64,000 bases of DNA from Phoronis australis (Eukaryota; Animalia; Phoronida): positions 2,025,935-2,089,934 of the forward strand of contig NMRA01000004.1 in NCBI GenBank assembly GCA_002633005.1. Direction: 5' to 3'. The position numbers and the translations under genes were made by a program. Within the stretch, counting starts at the first letter, position 1; each line of letters begins with the position of its first letter. Shown piece after piece: positions 1 through 14,254 of the stretch. Under the pieces are notes generated by a model. The model ran no database searches, was not told the DNA's origin, and saw nothing but the letters and a program-made list of their open reading frames with translations.

Positions 1-54
1 GATTGCGTACAGTCACCACAAATTGTCGAACTTTACTGCTGCGAAGCTGTCACC

Positions 55-217
55 ATGTCCCAAAAGATGGCGCAAAATTTTAGGAAGGCGCGTGCGCGTG
101 TCACAAAACGACGACCGACGTTCTTCGTTACAAAACTCAAAAGGCGGAGAGTAATGCTAGAAACTGACGTTTATTAGCTTGTTTTTCACTTAAACGACGA
201 CAACAGGCAAGGTGAGT
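55..217 (+). promoter_or_regulatory. Candidate 5' exon / promoter-proximal region ending in a consensus splice donor
   Basis: CpG-rich stretch with a YY1-type AAGATGGCG at 64-72 and a perfect donor AAG|GTGAGT (GT at 212-213). A 40-codon basic sORF runs 55-177 (MSQKMAQNFRKARARVTKRRPTFFVTKLKRRRVMLETDVY). No downstream exon could be linked. Confidence 0.3.
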
Positions 218-2160
218 GTTCGAATTCTCTCCCATATTTTATGTGCACCCCGGCCGTCGGTCGTTGGCTCTGCGATATAAGTTTCACGACGAGGTGGCTA
301 ACGATGAAATTTCGTGGTCTAACGGAGCTCATTTCACACACCTCACTGTATTTTGGCGATAGTCTTCAAACAGCTGGTTGGCTGGCTACAAAAAATCTGC
401 AGTGCGCACTTAGACGTTCGTGTTACTTTTCCGGCCCAGCGTATAGGGAATCCGGCCCAAATCGGAACATTCTGCCTGATTTTGGTCGTTCCCATAGGCC
501 TAACGGAATTCTGATACTGAATTTAAAACGTTCAATTGATTGTAAATTCTTATAATTCGGTACGCCTTCATGCAATCCAGACTTTATTTCGTAGTTCTAA
601 TTTATTGCAGATACTCACAATGTTGTTTTGCTATTACATTTTCAATCTTTTGAGGTTGATCGAGTCAAAATGGCGGCGATTACGGGTTACAGCATTTCAA
701 GGCGAATGATTTTGAAATTGAGTTTCTATTATAAAATTTTCAATGAGCTTGAATACAATTGCTTTGTACGAAAGGATCAAGCTGATATGTGTTGTAACGT
801 TTCCACGTCTTTTGCACCAAATTAAACAGCCTATTGTCACCTATTCCACACACTCGACAGCGGCCCGTATCGGAAACGCGCAACGTTTACACCTTCGGCT
901 TCAAGAAGACATAAATGTAAAGTTTCTAACATCAAAATTTTTGTATCAAGGAAATTAAACTTTATGATAACCATTGTGAAATTGCCTGATAACAATTCGG
1001 ACGAAGCGTTTTGTTTTTCCGGCTGTTTCGGCAACCCCAGTCACACTCCCGGGGATTCCCATACCGGTCCGTATTAGAATGTGTCCTAAATAATTGAATA
1101 AAAAAGGTAATGATTTTGATCAACTTTACTATTAATTGACATGAAATAAACAATTAAGATGTTTTCTTGATTTTCCACGTATTTTGCACTAAATTAAACG
1201 GCCAGTCATCGTTGATTCCAATACTATGGAGACACGGTGAAAGTCAAATTCGTTGTAACGGTGATGTCATAGACTTCGATTAGTGCAAGCGCCATCTCAA
1301 GTTCTTTTTGACGCTAAATGGGGTTCGTGATGGGGCTACCGTATTGTCAAAGGCCTACTTGATTAACGACTGGGGTATGCTATGACACAGTATTTTGATG
1401 TTTTTCATCAATAAATATATTTTAGATGTGAAAATAGTAATTTTGGCACCATATTAAGCCATTAAGCTCAGGCGCCTCTACGTGTCATACTTTTCATAAA
1501 ACATTATCTCAAACACAAAAGAATGTGCCTAAATGTGTAATATACATTTGTTGTTCGTATTTCATGCATTAATACTTTTGGTAATGGAATTATCATCCAG
1601 TGTTGCATTAATCATAAGATATCACCAATTACTAGTTGGCCGTTGACTTCAAGCATTATCTGACAGTGACAGCACACACCTGATTAGCAAAGTCCATTTA
1701 ATAAACGTGTACTAAATTAAACTGGCTAACATAAATATTGATATTTCAATTTATTTATTTTCATGTACCGTGCTAATGTATACCATGTACATTGTTTGAT
1801 AAGCTGTTAATGGTGTAATGCGTGGTGCGTACTTTAGGACCAATTTGTGTTCAAAATCTGTTTTTGTTCAAGGGAGTTGTCTTTTTGACAACAAATTAAG
1901 CGAGACGTTCTTGACGCATTGTCTCCCTTAATTACAGTAACACATTGCTGGAAATGTTATTGACATATGTTCAGACACCACCTCAGACGACGCATGACGA
2001 GCGTATACGTAGAAACTATCTGCAACATAGACTGATGAATATTGCAGTTTGATAGAAAGTGAGCGAGGGGCCACTCACTGATTGAAGCGACTGTTGTATT
2101 TTTCATATTCTAAACATTTTAACTAATTCAATGGATAAAAACGATTTCATAGCCGCGTCT

Positions 2161-2940
2161 CTGAATTCCAGCTACGACCCCTAAATCCCATTTCCGGACC
2201 ACCAAACACCAAACCCGCGGTACAAGCTCCATAACACCCCTAAACTTCACCCCGAAAATACTCCATACCCGGTGACTAAACATCCGAAGATAATCTTATA
2301 GAAAATGTATACTGGACGTGCAGATCGTAAAGGCGACTTTTTCATCACGTCCAGTTTCCCAAGGAAGGGTGCCTTTTGTGACAAAATTCCCCAGCAAAAG
2401 GTATTATTTTGTGAATTTCAAAAAACTCTTCAAAATGTTCCTTGTTCCGACTACACGTAAGGTTTATAATATAATCTTAAGTTTTGAAACTTTTCTTGCG
2501 TAAATGAACCTTTACTCATTTTGACAACATGGCATCTTTTCTTGTATTGTCTCGTATTTTTAAGTCAAAATTGGTAAAAATCAGCTGTCTAAGACTCTGT
2601 GCGAAAGTTCAAAGTTTATGGAATCAAGCCCTGTAAAAGGATGGTGTTTTTGAAACAAAAGTCTGAAAAAGGTTATAAGTTTTTCTGGGAAACTTTGTGT
2701 GAATGCGCCCATTTTGTCGTGTCCATTCTCTAAATGGGTGCGAATCTTAATATAGTCGAATATCCCCCGGATACAAATTTCATTCTCAGCGATCAAATTC
2801 CTGACCTGTACCTACTGTTCCAAGTATATGATACTTGATCACCGGGTTTGCAGCATTTTCAGCGCGTGAGGGACTTTTTGGGCTCGGGTTTGGCGCTTGC
2901 TGCTCCGCGACTTAGATTAGGTAGTCGTATCAGAAACTCT
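2161..2940. mobile_element. Old fold-back / long-TIR element (imperfect ~780-bp palindrome)
   Basis: 2161-2285 aligns with the reverse complement of 2830-2940 (e.g. ccgaaaatactccatacccggtga vs ctgaaaatgctgcaaacccggtga). 2370-2430 aligns with the reverse complement of 2640-2712. A third copy of the outer arm lies at 3534-3595. Confidence 0.6.
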
Positions 2941-3174
2941 GGGAACCGGCCGTGGAATCGTTTCCGCCCCTGTAACTGCTCTGTGATTGTAGTTGGTCCA
3001 CTTTCTTGCCATTGTTTTACAAAACTAAAACTACTTGCATTTTAAAGGTTTACGTGTACTACTGTTCCACATGTGCATGCCCATGTGTTTGAAAAAAACA
3101 TTTTTGATGGATATACAATGCGTGCACTGCATGGCTATTTCCACTTGCAAGTCAAAGAACAATAGAACAATAGT

Positions 3175-3436
3175 TACACCACCATCACCATTCCACCACC
3201 ACCATAATCACCATCAATCATCAATGTCATTATCACCATCGTCACCATCGTCATCATCATCATCATCATCATCGTCATCATCGTCATCATCGTCATCATC
3301 GTCATCATCGTCATCATCGTCATCATCGTCATCATCGTCATCATCGTCATCATCGTAATCATCATCATCATCATCATCGTCATCGTCATCGTCATCATCA
3401 TCTCGGTAGTTATTGTCACCACCGCAGTCATCATCG
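3175..3436. repeat. (TCA/TCG)n trinucleotide microsatellite
   Basis: Long run of tca/tcg units with a 9-bp higher-order unit (tcatcatcg). It produces the poly-S and M/T ORFs. Confidence 0.97.
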
Positions 3437-5261
3437 TCTTCCTGTTATTGTTGAGTAGCAATCTCCAAAACTGGTACTGCAATTACGAATACACGTGTTG
3501 TCAGGGCGTGGAAACGATACAATGGTTACGCACCTAAATTCTAGCTACGATCCTCCAAACCTCAGTCCCAGACCAGCAAACATCTAATCCGCGCCCCTTA
3601 AGGTTATGTAAAACCTTACTGAGGAGGGGTAATTCGAAGTCAATGACCAGAAAAGCTAAGCTGTGTCCACCAGTAAAAGTATATAGTTTCTGAAAGAAGA
3701 AATATTAGAGATTGTAAAAATGCATTTTATACTTCCTTGTCATTGTTTTTATAACTTGCTCGACATTTTTAAGTCAAATATTCACGTCTAACAAAGGTAA
3801 ATTCATAGCACAAAGGCCCCATAGTCGATTATAATTAAACCTTCTTTAAATGAAAACCTGTCACTCTGTTAGGAATTTTTGATTATTCATTTAGTTTTGT
3901 CTCTAAACCAAATTAACTCGCAAACATGAGGCATTTTTGTTAAAAAACAACAGCCGTATTCGTCTATGACACAGTACAATAAAACAAGAACCTAAAAACA
4001 TTGTAAAAGCGTTTTTAGATTGATAAATAAATATTAAAATTTCGCAGCATCTATCTATGCTATGTACAGCTCATTGATTCAATATTATGGCAACTGCGGA
4101 ACTGCTCTGCGACTAGCGGGAGATTCGATTTGAGAAACAGCTCTGTGACCTTTGAACTACAGTGTATTAGCAGTAAACAAATTTCTATGCGGTTGATGCG
4201 AGTCTGGGAAATATGTCGATTTTAAAGTTAACTAGAAATAAAGATGAACTAATTTCCACACAGGTATTCAATGCTGTAGAAGTAAGTTATTCCTAACTCC
4301 ACACACGGGCTAAAAATATCCCACAGGAGGTGACCAAACTGCACGCCGGTTGCATGAAACAGTCCCAAGCAGGGTCTTAACTAAGTACCCTAAGTCTTCT
4401 GTGCATTTGTGTTTTTATTTGCCCACAAATTATATGTTCTCCTATCATATTCTCTTCATCGTAAGCTCCTCTTCGACTAATACCAGTTGCTAATATTGTA
4501 TCAAAAAGCTAATGCCCCATATTTCAGTAAAATACATATATGTAGGCTCCATACATCTGTAGATTAACAGCGTTGCACGAAAAGATCATTGAGAATCCAA
4601 GGTAGAGTTCACTCTTGGTGTGTGTCGAAGACAAAACTTGATTTAGGTAGCATTAAAAAGAACAATCAAGATTTTCACAAATGCTATGACAAAAAGGAAC
4701 ATAACTATTTAGGACTGGCACATGCAACCGGCAACAGGTTCCTCTCTGCAGTTTGCTCCCCGGGTATGTGGATTTTGGCAAGCATATACAAATGCCGGTT
4801 GATAAGTGAGCAGTGACAATAAAATCTATGCCTCGCCAGCGTCGAAAGAAAGACCGACCAAGAGAACATTCAGTGTCCCTCCATTTTGTTTTCAGATCTG
4901 AGAGCACGTTTAGAAACATAATTTAGTAAAGGAGGTATTGATTATATACAACAGACTGGATTATGTAGACCAAGACATCATATACATGTATATGTATGAG
5001 GTTGTTGTGGCAATCAGGTGCTAGCTAGTGCATGTGTTTACTTACAATACACAGCATTTTAAATCTTGAACATTTTAAGCATTGATGGCCCGGGGTGAAT
5101 GTTTAAACAACAGATGCTATGGTTTTGAATAGTCACAACAATTTTAAGATACGCTAAGTACTGACTAAAATCGGGTAGCCGCAAAAGTGTATCACCGTAC
5201 TTGCCCACTCGCAGATGTAAATCATGGCATATCTGTGGGAAGAGCTTACCAAAACATAAGG

Positions 5262-5542
5262 CATGCGCGCACCCAACCCTCAATATGGGGGGCTCGTATT
5301 CCGGACGTTGTGGACCTTTTGGTAACAACATTAGGCGGTGGACTAGAAAAATAAAAAAAAAACGGGGGCACTACTGTGCATTGCGCGTTTGTGCTTGTTT
5401 AATGGCCCATTGTCTCGTTTTCTCTGACTCGTTTTCTATGACATTTTGTTTCTCAGAGTCGGACCTTTTTGTCCACTTCGCCAAATGGGGGGAGGGGGCT
5501 CGTTCGAGCTTCCCGAGCCCCCCCCCCCTGGGTGGGCGCATG
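5262..5542 (+). mobile_element. MITE family B (TIR CATGCGCGCACCCA), 5-bp TSD
   Basis: Termini catgcgcgcaccca...tgggtgggcgcatg, flanked by taagg at 5257-5261 and 5543-5547. Confidence 0.85.
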
Positions 5543-5784
5543 TAAGGAATATGCGCACGAGCGTACTAGAACTGGAAATTAAAGTAGCCACATTTTTTGA
5601 TTGATTTCGAAGTGTTTACTAACACTTTTAAACAACAACTCAATTTTGAAACGACAAAATAAAATTGACAAAAGTTGGCGGACTTCACAACGCCTAATAA
5701 ACTTTCGAAAGAGTGACGCAAGATCTACCGGTATATTTCCCAAAATGCATCAACCATGAAGACATACATTATGNAAACATAAGG

Positions 5785-6064
5785 CACGCGCGCACCCAAC
5801 CCTCAATATGGGGGGCTCGTATTCCGGATGTTGTGGACCTTTCGGTAACAACATTAGGCGGTGGACTAGAAAAATAAAAAAAAAAACAGGGGCACTACTG
5901 TGCATTGCGCGTTTGTGCTTGTTTAATGGACTTTTGTCTCGTTTTCTCTGACTCGTTTTCTATGACATTTTGTTTCTCAGAGTCGGACCTTTTTATCCAC
6001 TTCGCCAAATGGGGGGAGGGGGCTCGTTCGAGCTTCCCGAGCCCCCCCCCTGGGTGGGCGCATG
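5785..6064 (+). mobile_element. MITE family B, second copy inside the duplicated segment
   Basis: Same element with TSD taagg at 5780-5784 and 6065-6069. Confidence 0.85.
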
Positions 6065-6923
6065 TAAGGAATATGCGCACGAGCGTACTAGAATTGGAAA
6101 TTAAAGTAGCCACATTTTTTGATTGATTTCGAAGTGTTTACTAACACTTTTAAACAACAACTCAATTTTGAAACGACAAAATAAAATTGACAAAAGTTGG
6201 CGGACTTCACAACGCCTAATAAACTTTCGAAAGAGTGACGCAAGATCTACCGGTATATTTCCCAAAATGCATCAACCATGAAGACATACATTATGATCAG
6301 TTCTGAATCTACCCCATGTACTCATATAATTATCATAACTTATCAAGAACCTCTCATTGTATACTTCACTGATGACCACATGTTATAAATTCGTATAGCG
6401 ATCATGGAGCAATGGTCGAGACACAGTCGTGCCCACACGGCGGGAATGGGGAATAAATGAAGTGTAGGGGAAACGGGAAATGACAGGATAAGGACAACAG
6501 GGAGCGGAAACTGAAATCTTGCTGACCTCGACAATCGTTTAGGTCCTTACAGAAATATAAGGATCTGATTTTTTAATTTTCGAGCTTACCGATGTAATAA
6601 AACCTCTACAAATTCACTGTTCGTGTTCACGCTCAGTTTGCCTTGTAGAACGTTCCACCTTTTGATCTGTGATTCGACCATCGTTTTTTATCTTACAATT
6701 CTTTCTTCCATGTTTTCGTTATTTCTTTTTGGGGGTCAACATTGCTTTCGTGATGATACAAATAGATCAACACTGCCAGCAATATCACAAGCGATGCTGT
6801 CAGTGGTGAACAATGATGTCTCAGTCGAAAGGTGGCTAATGAACATGCACGCATGCGCTTAGTGGCGTTTCAGTAGAGACCGATTGAATTTTCCGCGATT
6901 ATTGACAGAGAATGCAAACACGC

Positions 6924-7078
6924 CATAGGCGGGTCCGGGGGAGGGGTCAAGGGAGTTCGGAACCCCTTTCCCTTAATTTTAGTCATGTCAATTCTAGAGT
7001 TTTCAAGTTGTTGACCTTGATCCCTTATTAAAAAATACGTGACCTGATCCCCCTTTAAAAATCCTGGATCCACCTTTA
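6924..7078 (-). mobile_element. Family A-related MITE
   Basis: cataggcgggtcc...aaaatcctggatccacct; flanks cacgc / cacgt (4 of 5 TSD match). Confidence 0.65.
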
Positions 7079-8334
7079 CACGTGCATTTTGATACAATGC
7101 ATAACGCACATATTCTCAGTACACGGATATCGCGGTGTCTTTCTTGAGTACGGGTCTGCAAAACGCAGCCCTGGATTGGTCCCATAATGTACACATGCGT
7201 TTTGTTGACGTGTACAATACGTAATCATCAAATATCCAGGCAACAACGCGTGCTTACCTTTTTGCTGACTCTAGTGACACTTCGATGTCGTGTCTGAACT
7301 TTCCAAAGAAAAGTTGATTAATGATGGATTTTCGTGTTACGTGACACATGGTTATAGCACCGTTCAAACTGTGGAGTGTTTATTATTCCTTGTGTATAAG
7401 AATTAATCTAGTGAATCTTGTCAATAAGAAAGCAATGGATCAGTCACCAGGTGGCGAGACCGTCTCGTTCGCCAGTCAGGACATCTAGAACTGCCAAACC
7501 ACGTGTAGCCGGAATGGTCGACATTTCGTGAGTCCGCTCAAAATAGTTCGGAAAAGGAGCAATTTACAAAAAAAACAGGAAAAAGTTACCAAAATTAAAA
7601 TCGCTCTCTTTTCTTTGCTTTTGATATTACCATCATCCAAAAATGACCCGCACATGATTGCGTGTGGAAATAATTACACCAGGTGTAAATAAGATTACGC
7701 GCTAGGGTTGGCTTATTAAGTAAATGCGCCATGAGTGTAGCCTTGCTGTTATCAAAACTGTTACAATTTACATGTACATTGAGCTAACGCATCTTGAGAC
7801 TGGAGAAGGCTCGGAGAGTGCAAGTATTAACTGAACAAGGCAAACCGGCCCCAGAGGTAATGCTGAGCTGCGTTCCGTAGACAACTTTTACGAGAAATGT
7901 GAGATCATGCCAATCTTGGCGAGATGTTCGCCATGCGTTACAACTGAAGCACGTTGCCACACCAGCTCTTCATTCCTATTTACGATCGGTCAGATGAACT
8001 GTCTGATAAGCGCCTGAACGGACGGCACGTGAACGCTGTATAAGTACATGTATAAGTAATTCTCTGAGGTCAGAGAGGGTCGAAAACGGATCCCCCACGG
8101 TCGTAGCCAAATGCTTTGCTGACGGAGTTAAACCCCACTCGATAAGTGGCAGAGTATTTAAAGCGTATAATAACTAGTGAAGTCACCGACCCTGTCTCAG
8201 CAAATATCTAGAAGAAAACGGTAAGAATATGCGATTTGTAAAAAATTCTAAACAGATTTTATTTTCAGACTCTGGTCAAGACTAAAACGTCGAGAAGTCT
8301 ACCGTATCCAACAACAACCCCAGAAATACGTTTG

Positions 8335-8488
8335 CATGGGCGGCGCAGCACTGAAAAAAGTGGCAGGGGGGGGGCTAAAGTACCCTCAGCGCCCCTATGT
8401 TGCACCGCCTACTGTAGACCATGTGCGACGTAGCACTGAAAAAAGTGGGGGCTCAAGCCCCCCAGCCCCCTATGGTGCGCCGCCCATG
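8335..8488 (+). mobile_element. MITE family C, dimer of a ~70-bp unit (TIR CATGGGCGGCG), 5-bp TSD
   Basis: Two tandem units joined by tagac; TSD gtttg at 8330-8334 and 8489-8493. Confidence 0.8.
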
Positions 8489-8869
8489 GTTTGAGGCCGT
8501 AAAGCCTATAACGTTCGTTTAAAGTTCTTACCCTCCCGATTTTTGCGCTGCAGTGAGATCAAATTTTCAGTCATATGTCTGTATCAACCCTGTTATGTTT
8601 ATTTCCCAGCCTCATAGATGGCGCTAACTTGTTTGTTATCAAACAGAGACATCAATCAATTTTTATGGGTACAAGTGCGCTTAAAAAGGATGATTGAGTG
8701 TTTAAAACAGCTTCTTATTTAATTTGAACTTTTCTTATCTAGTAAAAATTTGCTTTTCAAGGCCAAAAATGGAGACACCCACACAAATATATGTGTTTCT
8801 ACCTAAAATATGATTATAGGTGGGTACACCTGTCAGTAAATGTTGATCAGCGAAGTCTCTCTTTGTAAC

Positions 8870-9040
8870 TGGGTACACCAAATTCGGGATGGGTCTATCT
8901 AATAACTGGACCCGACGTGGCGGGTCCGGTTATATTTATATAGCGTGACCCGCAGTGATGGGTCTGTCTATATAAATATAACTGTACCCGCCGTGACNGT
9001 GTTTAAGCATTTTGTGACGGGTGAGCTATAGAGACTAGTG
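8870..9040. repeat. Hairpin-rich inverted mini-array (gacccg..cgggtc units), probably collapsed at N8998
   Basis: Repeated acccg-N(3-6)-cgggt stems; ggttatatttatatag and ctatataaatataac are reverse complements of each other. Confidence 0.7.
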
Positions 9041-10253
9041 CTTACTCAACTCTAATGAAGAATATTAATTATATTACATGGTCTGCATGTCCCAGGGGAC
9101 CATTTCAACAATTTTACGCGCTGTTGACCGTTACAGAAGGCGTGGGGCGTTCCGGAAACCTAGTTGCTTGCGAGAAAAGCAAGGGTTCTCCATTCTTCAC
9201 GATATATCGCCACTTATTACGGGTGAAGCACGTAATCACACGAGCTTCCTTAGCGAGATTCTTCTGTCTTTTGATGTCATCTCCGGTGAGCAAATGAAAC
9301 TAGTGACTATCGATGGATTTTATTATGTGGTATTGTTAAGGGTACCCGTTTTTAGTCGCCCAGGTGCTGCGTTGGTGTGTATCTTAAATATGCGTACACG
9401 CACATGTAAGTATCAGCCAACCCCTTTGCGGAAGTGAACCCCCTGGTTACACACTGTAGTTCAGTAACCCTACATACTAGAACAGAAGCTCAAATGAGCA
9501 CGCGTGTTATCTAAAACGAGATTCGAATCACGTGATTTTCATGTGTGTGTAATTGTAGGCTTTGTCAAACTTTTCGAGTCACAAGAAAACGTCTTTATAA
9601 ACTTTAATGTGCCAGTAGGCCAACACGTGAACGCTGTATAAATCTCGTCGATGAGCCATGTTTGATGATACGAGGTACCCGTTTTATTTCAAATTCCTGA
9701 ACATAGGTTACTGCTTTGTTACTGTGGGTTTATTGCACGCCCATTCTGTACAATATTCGTCATTTTCCGCATGACGTTACAATGCGCATGGTATGATAAG
9801 TAGTAATGTACACGACGACGTCACACAGAAATTGACGAACTTTGTATGGAAGTTAGGCAAACACGATGTCTAGCTTTATGACCGCTTTAAGAATCAAGAA
9901 TATTGCATACAACATTCCAAGAATTGTACGATGACACGTGGCAAGTTACCTTAAAATCTAACGGCTACCCGGTGGTTTGGTAATTGACCTAATTATGTTG
10001 CACACTCAGCGGAATTAATGAGGAACATATTATGGCAACAATTAACAAACGTTTTAGATTGTAAAAGTCACATTTCTTGTCCAAATTTCCAAATTAAAAA
10101 ACCTAATCAAGTGTACTTTCCACTAACTTCTCAGATATGCTATTTACAAAATTTCAAAACGAAAATTTAAAAATACTATTTTTGCCCCCCTTGTGTGTTT
10201 ATGATGGGTCTGATTATCTAAAGCGCGCTTTGGGCGATCAATTTAATTACAGT

Positions 10254-10408
10254 CAAGGGCGGATCTAAGATTTTGTGGGGGGGGGCTGGGCAGAGAATTA
10301 GCCAGAATTTTGCCCGTCAGACATTTGCACCCCTGAACTGCCAAATGGAATCTTGGATAACTTTAAGGGGGCCACGGCCCCCTTGGCCCCCATCCAAATC
10401 CGTCACTG
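10254..10408 (+). mobile_element. MITE family A (CAGGGGCGGATCC...AAATCCGCCACTG)
   Basis: Colinear with the copies at 16296, 32501 and 49093; TSD decayed (acagt / acaac). Confidence 0.85.
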
Positions 10409-13400
10409 ACAACAGCATAGTGCTTTTGAACAACCGGCAAATTCTGTGGTACGCAGACCGATCGAGCTGCCTAATATTGACTGGTGAGGATGTCAATTTA
10501 GGATTTTTTTCATGGATTATCGAATTTTATTTCTGTTTTCTTCTGTTTGTATGTGAACTAGTCTTCAGTGAATGGACGAAAGTTTAAGACCTCCAGACGC
10601 CTTAGACATTGAAACATCATGTGTCAGAAATGGCCGATAGGATTCATATGAAAATTTCAGATAATATGCTTTTTGCAATGTTACATATTGTTTGTAAAAT
10701 GCTCCACTATTTATGAAGGCGATCGAAAAATAAGAGTTTTATGATTTTCAAGAAAATATCTTAAGTTGCATAAAACGCCAGGGTGATCCAAATAAGACGG
10801 ACTGTTAAAAAGTCAAAAATGAAACTCCACAGGCTTCCCTCTTTCAGTAGAAAGTATGTACTCGTAGCTGTTCAATAAAAACGACTCCGGAAAGCGCTGA
10901 CTATCACAGCACTAGTAAAGACTACATGTATATACAAAGTGGGGAAGTCACGAGCATTTTAAAGTTATCTGACATACTTGACCAGTGGTGATTACAAACA
11001 TTCTGTTACTAGAAACTATGCCGTCGTCACCGTGAACGGTATCATGTCGGAAAATATGCAATACTTCACTATCCCCCGTCGTTGACTTTTTGTCCCTCAC
11101 AGATGGACACAGATTGTTTTTAGTATATGAGGTCTTAAAATCCACGGTTGCTTGTAGCATTACTGTTGAAATGTTTTAAAATAAATGATTAACTGTACAT
11201 GTTTGTTTGGGGGATTTCCGAAAGATTCGTTACCAACACAAAACATCCCACGAGGACTCTTTCGGGATCTTTGTACATTTCTGCTTTGGAAAAATGTCCC
11301 AACATGTCATTATTTTCAATTTCGGTTTATAAAAATACTTAAAAATTTCAAGTTGACCGACGATTTGTCACGGGACTACTCTGATGTAGGCAAGCTTAAA
11401 CGCCAAAGAGAAAACCTGCATGATATTTCACGTCAACAGAATATGAAATTATTTAGTAACTAACCACGCCTTCCAAGTCATCGAGTTAAATTTTCTAATC
11501 TAAATGCAGTCAATTACACCATGTTACTGAACATTTAAAGTCCACAGCTCAATGAGCATGTTGTGGCAAGAAACAGAAGTTTCCAAAAGAACCCCACCAC
11601 TTTGTCCAAAAGAGCCTCCCTTTCGAGGGCTTTTCGTGGACGCAACATCCCCTCGCGGAAAATGGGCGTTATTATATTATCGCTCTAGTTTCCCTTGGCC
11701 TTGCGAAAACAGATCAATATAAAAACACTTTGAAGAAAACGAAGTTTGTCATTCGCTCATATATTAGTTAATTGGTGAACTCATGAAGTAGTTCAAGGAG
11801 TATAAAACGTGAAATAATATCCCGTGAGGTCGTGGCAAACAAGCACACGCTCGAGGGATAATAAATTACAAATTGAGTCACATTACTATTGGAGTATTTT
11901 AAAAATAGATTATATGACGTGTGTTGAAATATGGATAGTGATTTGATCGAGGTGTGACCAGAGTGAAGCATTTTGACGAGACCGAAAAATTTATGCCACA
12001 CATTTTGGCATTTTTCATCGTGCTTTTTGCCGGACTAGAATTCTTTCACGCGTAGGAATACACGTCATGAAACGTTCGTCCGCATAAATTATCTAGGTCG
12101 AAGGGAAACAACAGAGCAGAATCGGTCCATAACATTTAATTTCTCAAGTTTCAAATTAGCAGATAAAGATAAGAAGGTGACCACACTTTCAGTGCTCATC
12201 GAACAATTTCCGACAACTATGGAGTTGGAATTACATGTATAACAAATTCAGCTGTAAACAGGTCAAAGCTAACACCAACCGTCATGACTCAGTCGAACGG
12301 CGGAGAGTGAGCAGGCGATATTGGTGAAATTGCAGAAAATCGATGTTTGCATATATATTTTTTTCTGATAATTACTTGGGTGTTTCATTTTGATTTACTA
12401 AAATGTATAGTTTTTGTTTGTACCTAAACTGGTAAACGAGTATTGTTGCCTTCCCAATAATGGATTTCGCCGAACGAGTGACCTAGATTTCATCTGTGAC
12501 TTGCGTCGATCAAAAACCATTCTTGCTTCACATTGCGTTGTTTTATTCAGTGTTTTTGATAATTACTATGAAGTATGATTAAAACATCTAGGTTACCTTA
12601 CTTTCAATTGTTTTTCTCTTTTTTATTCTGTCGGTAAACATAGTAGTTTTGGTTTATTTTCTGTTAATCAGCTGTTCACCCAGATAAGTGGTAGTTCCGA
12701 GACAGTGATCCAGTGCAGAGAAAAAGTCCTTCGCACGCAACTTTATTTTCAGTAGTTATTCGTCAGTAGACCATTTATTTCACGTTTGCACGTGCGTTTA
12801 TTGTACAGCGGATATGTAAATGTGTAATATAAAAATATTTAATACTGAGACTATACATGATTAAGTACTTGTACACGTTCTTGCAAAAGTAAACTTTGCA
12901 TCCATTTTCTTGAAAACATCACTGAATTTCTGTTCCCATCAAGAGTGACGAGTATATCAACACCCTTGCCAACTTGTTTATGTCATAAGATCAATGTAAA
13001 CGAGTATTATGTTTTTCAGTCGTGTAATGATGGAGTAATCAACTTTTATTTTGTTGACCTTCTGTATACAATTGCACAGGCCGGTGTTCAGCCATTACCA
13101 TAAACACAGCACGGTAAATTTGTTAGAATGTGACATTCGACGCTCATAATTCCCTAAAATGATGATTGCTATCATCTTCCCTGTTTGTATAATCGTTCAA
13201 AGGGCACGTGGTTACAAAATCTAACGGTCATGTTTCCAAAATTAATTTCCTTTGAACATCATATCACCAAAGTCTTCACGCGATTCCACGTGAGCGAAGC
13301 TTAAAGTAGAGTATTGCCTCATAATGGTGCTATTTAATATTGAAAGGAAGCGGAGGGATCATGTTGCGGGTGTCGGTCGGACAGTAGCGAGTTCCAAGAG

Positions 13401-14254
13401 CGGGCGGTCCAAGTAATAATGGCAAAGCGATCATCAGAGAGGTGCTCGAACTGCTTACGTTTAACATATTTTCTCAATCAGCGCGTTAAAGGAGCTTTTA
13501 ACGTCATGCTGGACTAATGTCCCATCTTGCTATTTAACACGGTTCGTACAAAGTACGTGTTACAGTGGTGCTGAACGTGAGGTACATGTACACGGCTTGT
13601 TCTCAACTTTCGAGTTGCTTCCGTTTCATGCAATCACGTCTCTTTGTTACGCGAGTCTTTGGCAATGTGGTCAAATTGACGAACAGAAGACTATCAGGTA
13701 AGGCTATAGCATTTTCGATATGATGTGAATTCCATGGTAAATTAATTTCTCCTTCCCGTTTTCAACAGTGCACTGCTTTGTGCCAGGTTCACAACGTACT
13801 GGATACATGTACATGTACACGTACACATTACCTGTGGCGTAGATAATGAAACGGACGCAGAGTGGATTTGGAATTCGGTTGCTTTCAGTTTCCCAATCAT
13901 CAAGACGACACAATCGCTTTCACGATTCTGGTTATTTTTGGACTGGATTTACTTCTTAACTTGTTAGATTTGAGCAAAGCAAAATATGTTGTTGTTGTTG
14001 TTGTTATGCGTAAGAAAGGCTTCCAATCAAAGTTAATTGAAATCGAAGCGACTAGCTCATCAGCTGTCCCGTTGCTAGGCGCCTTGAGAATGACCGGCGT
14101 TGGCAGTATGTAACTCTGATGAATGCCGGCTTGAAAGAAAGGCCAAGGGCTAATCTTGATCAGTGTAAATGAGAAAAAAGGTGAACAGCCGAAACACACT
14201 AGAAGAGTTACGTTTCTACAGTAGAATTAGCACCTGAGAACGAAATAAAGCCCT

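Larger units (their letters stand above)
5252..6295. repeat. Near-identical ~520-bp tandem duplication split by one N (probably two alleles at a contig join)
   Basis: 5252-5773 repeats at 5775-6295 with about ten substitutions or indels; single N at 5774. Confidence 0.9.

Noticed and set aside
3035-3482. Poly-Ser/His and Met/Thr ORFs
   Set aside because: Trinucleotide repeat translations.
9110-9298. Minus-strand ~60-codon open frame LLTGDDIKRQKNLAKEARVITCF...
   Set aside because: No start codon, weak acceptor, no recognised homology.
14115-14140. ctgatga...gaaa hammerhead-like words
   Set aside because: Stem II is poor and no stems I/III can be formed.
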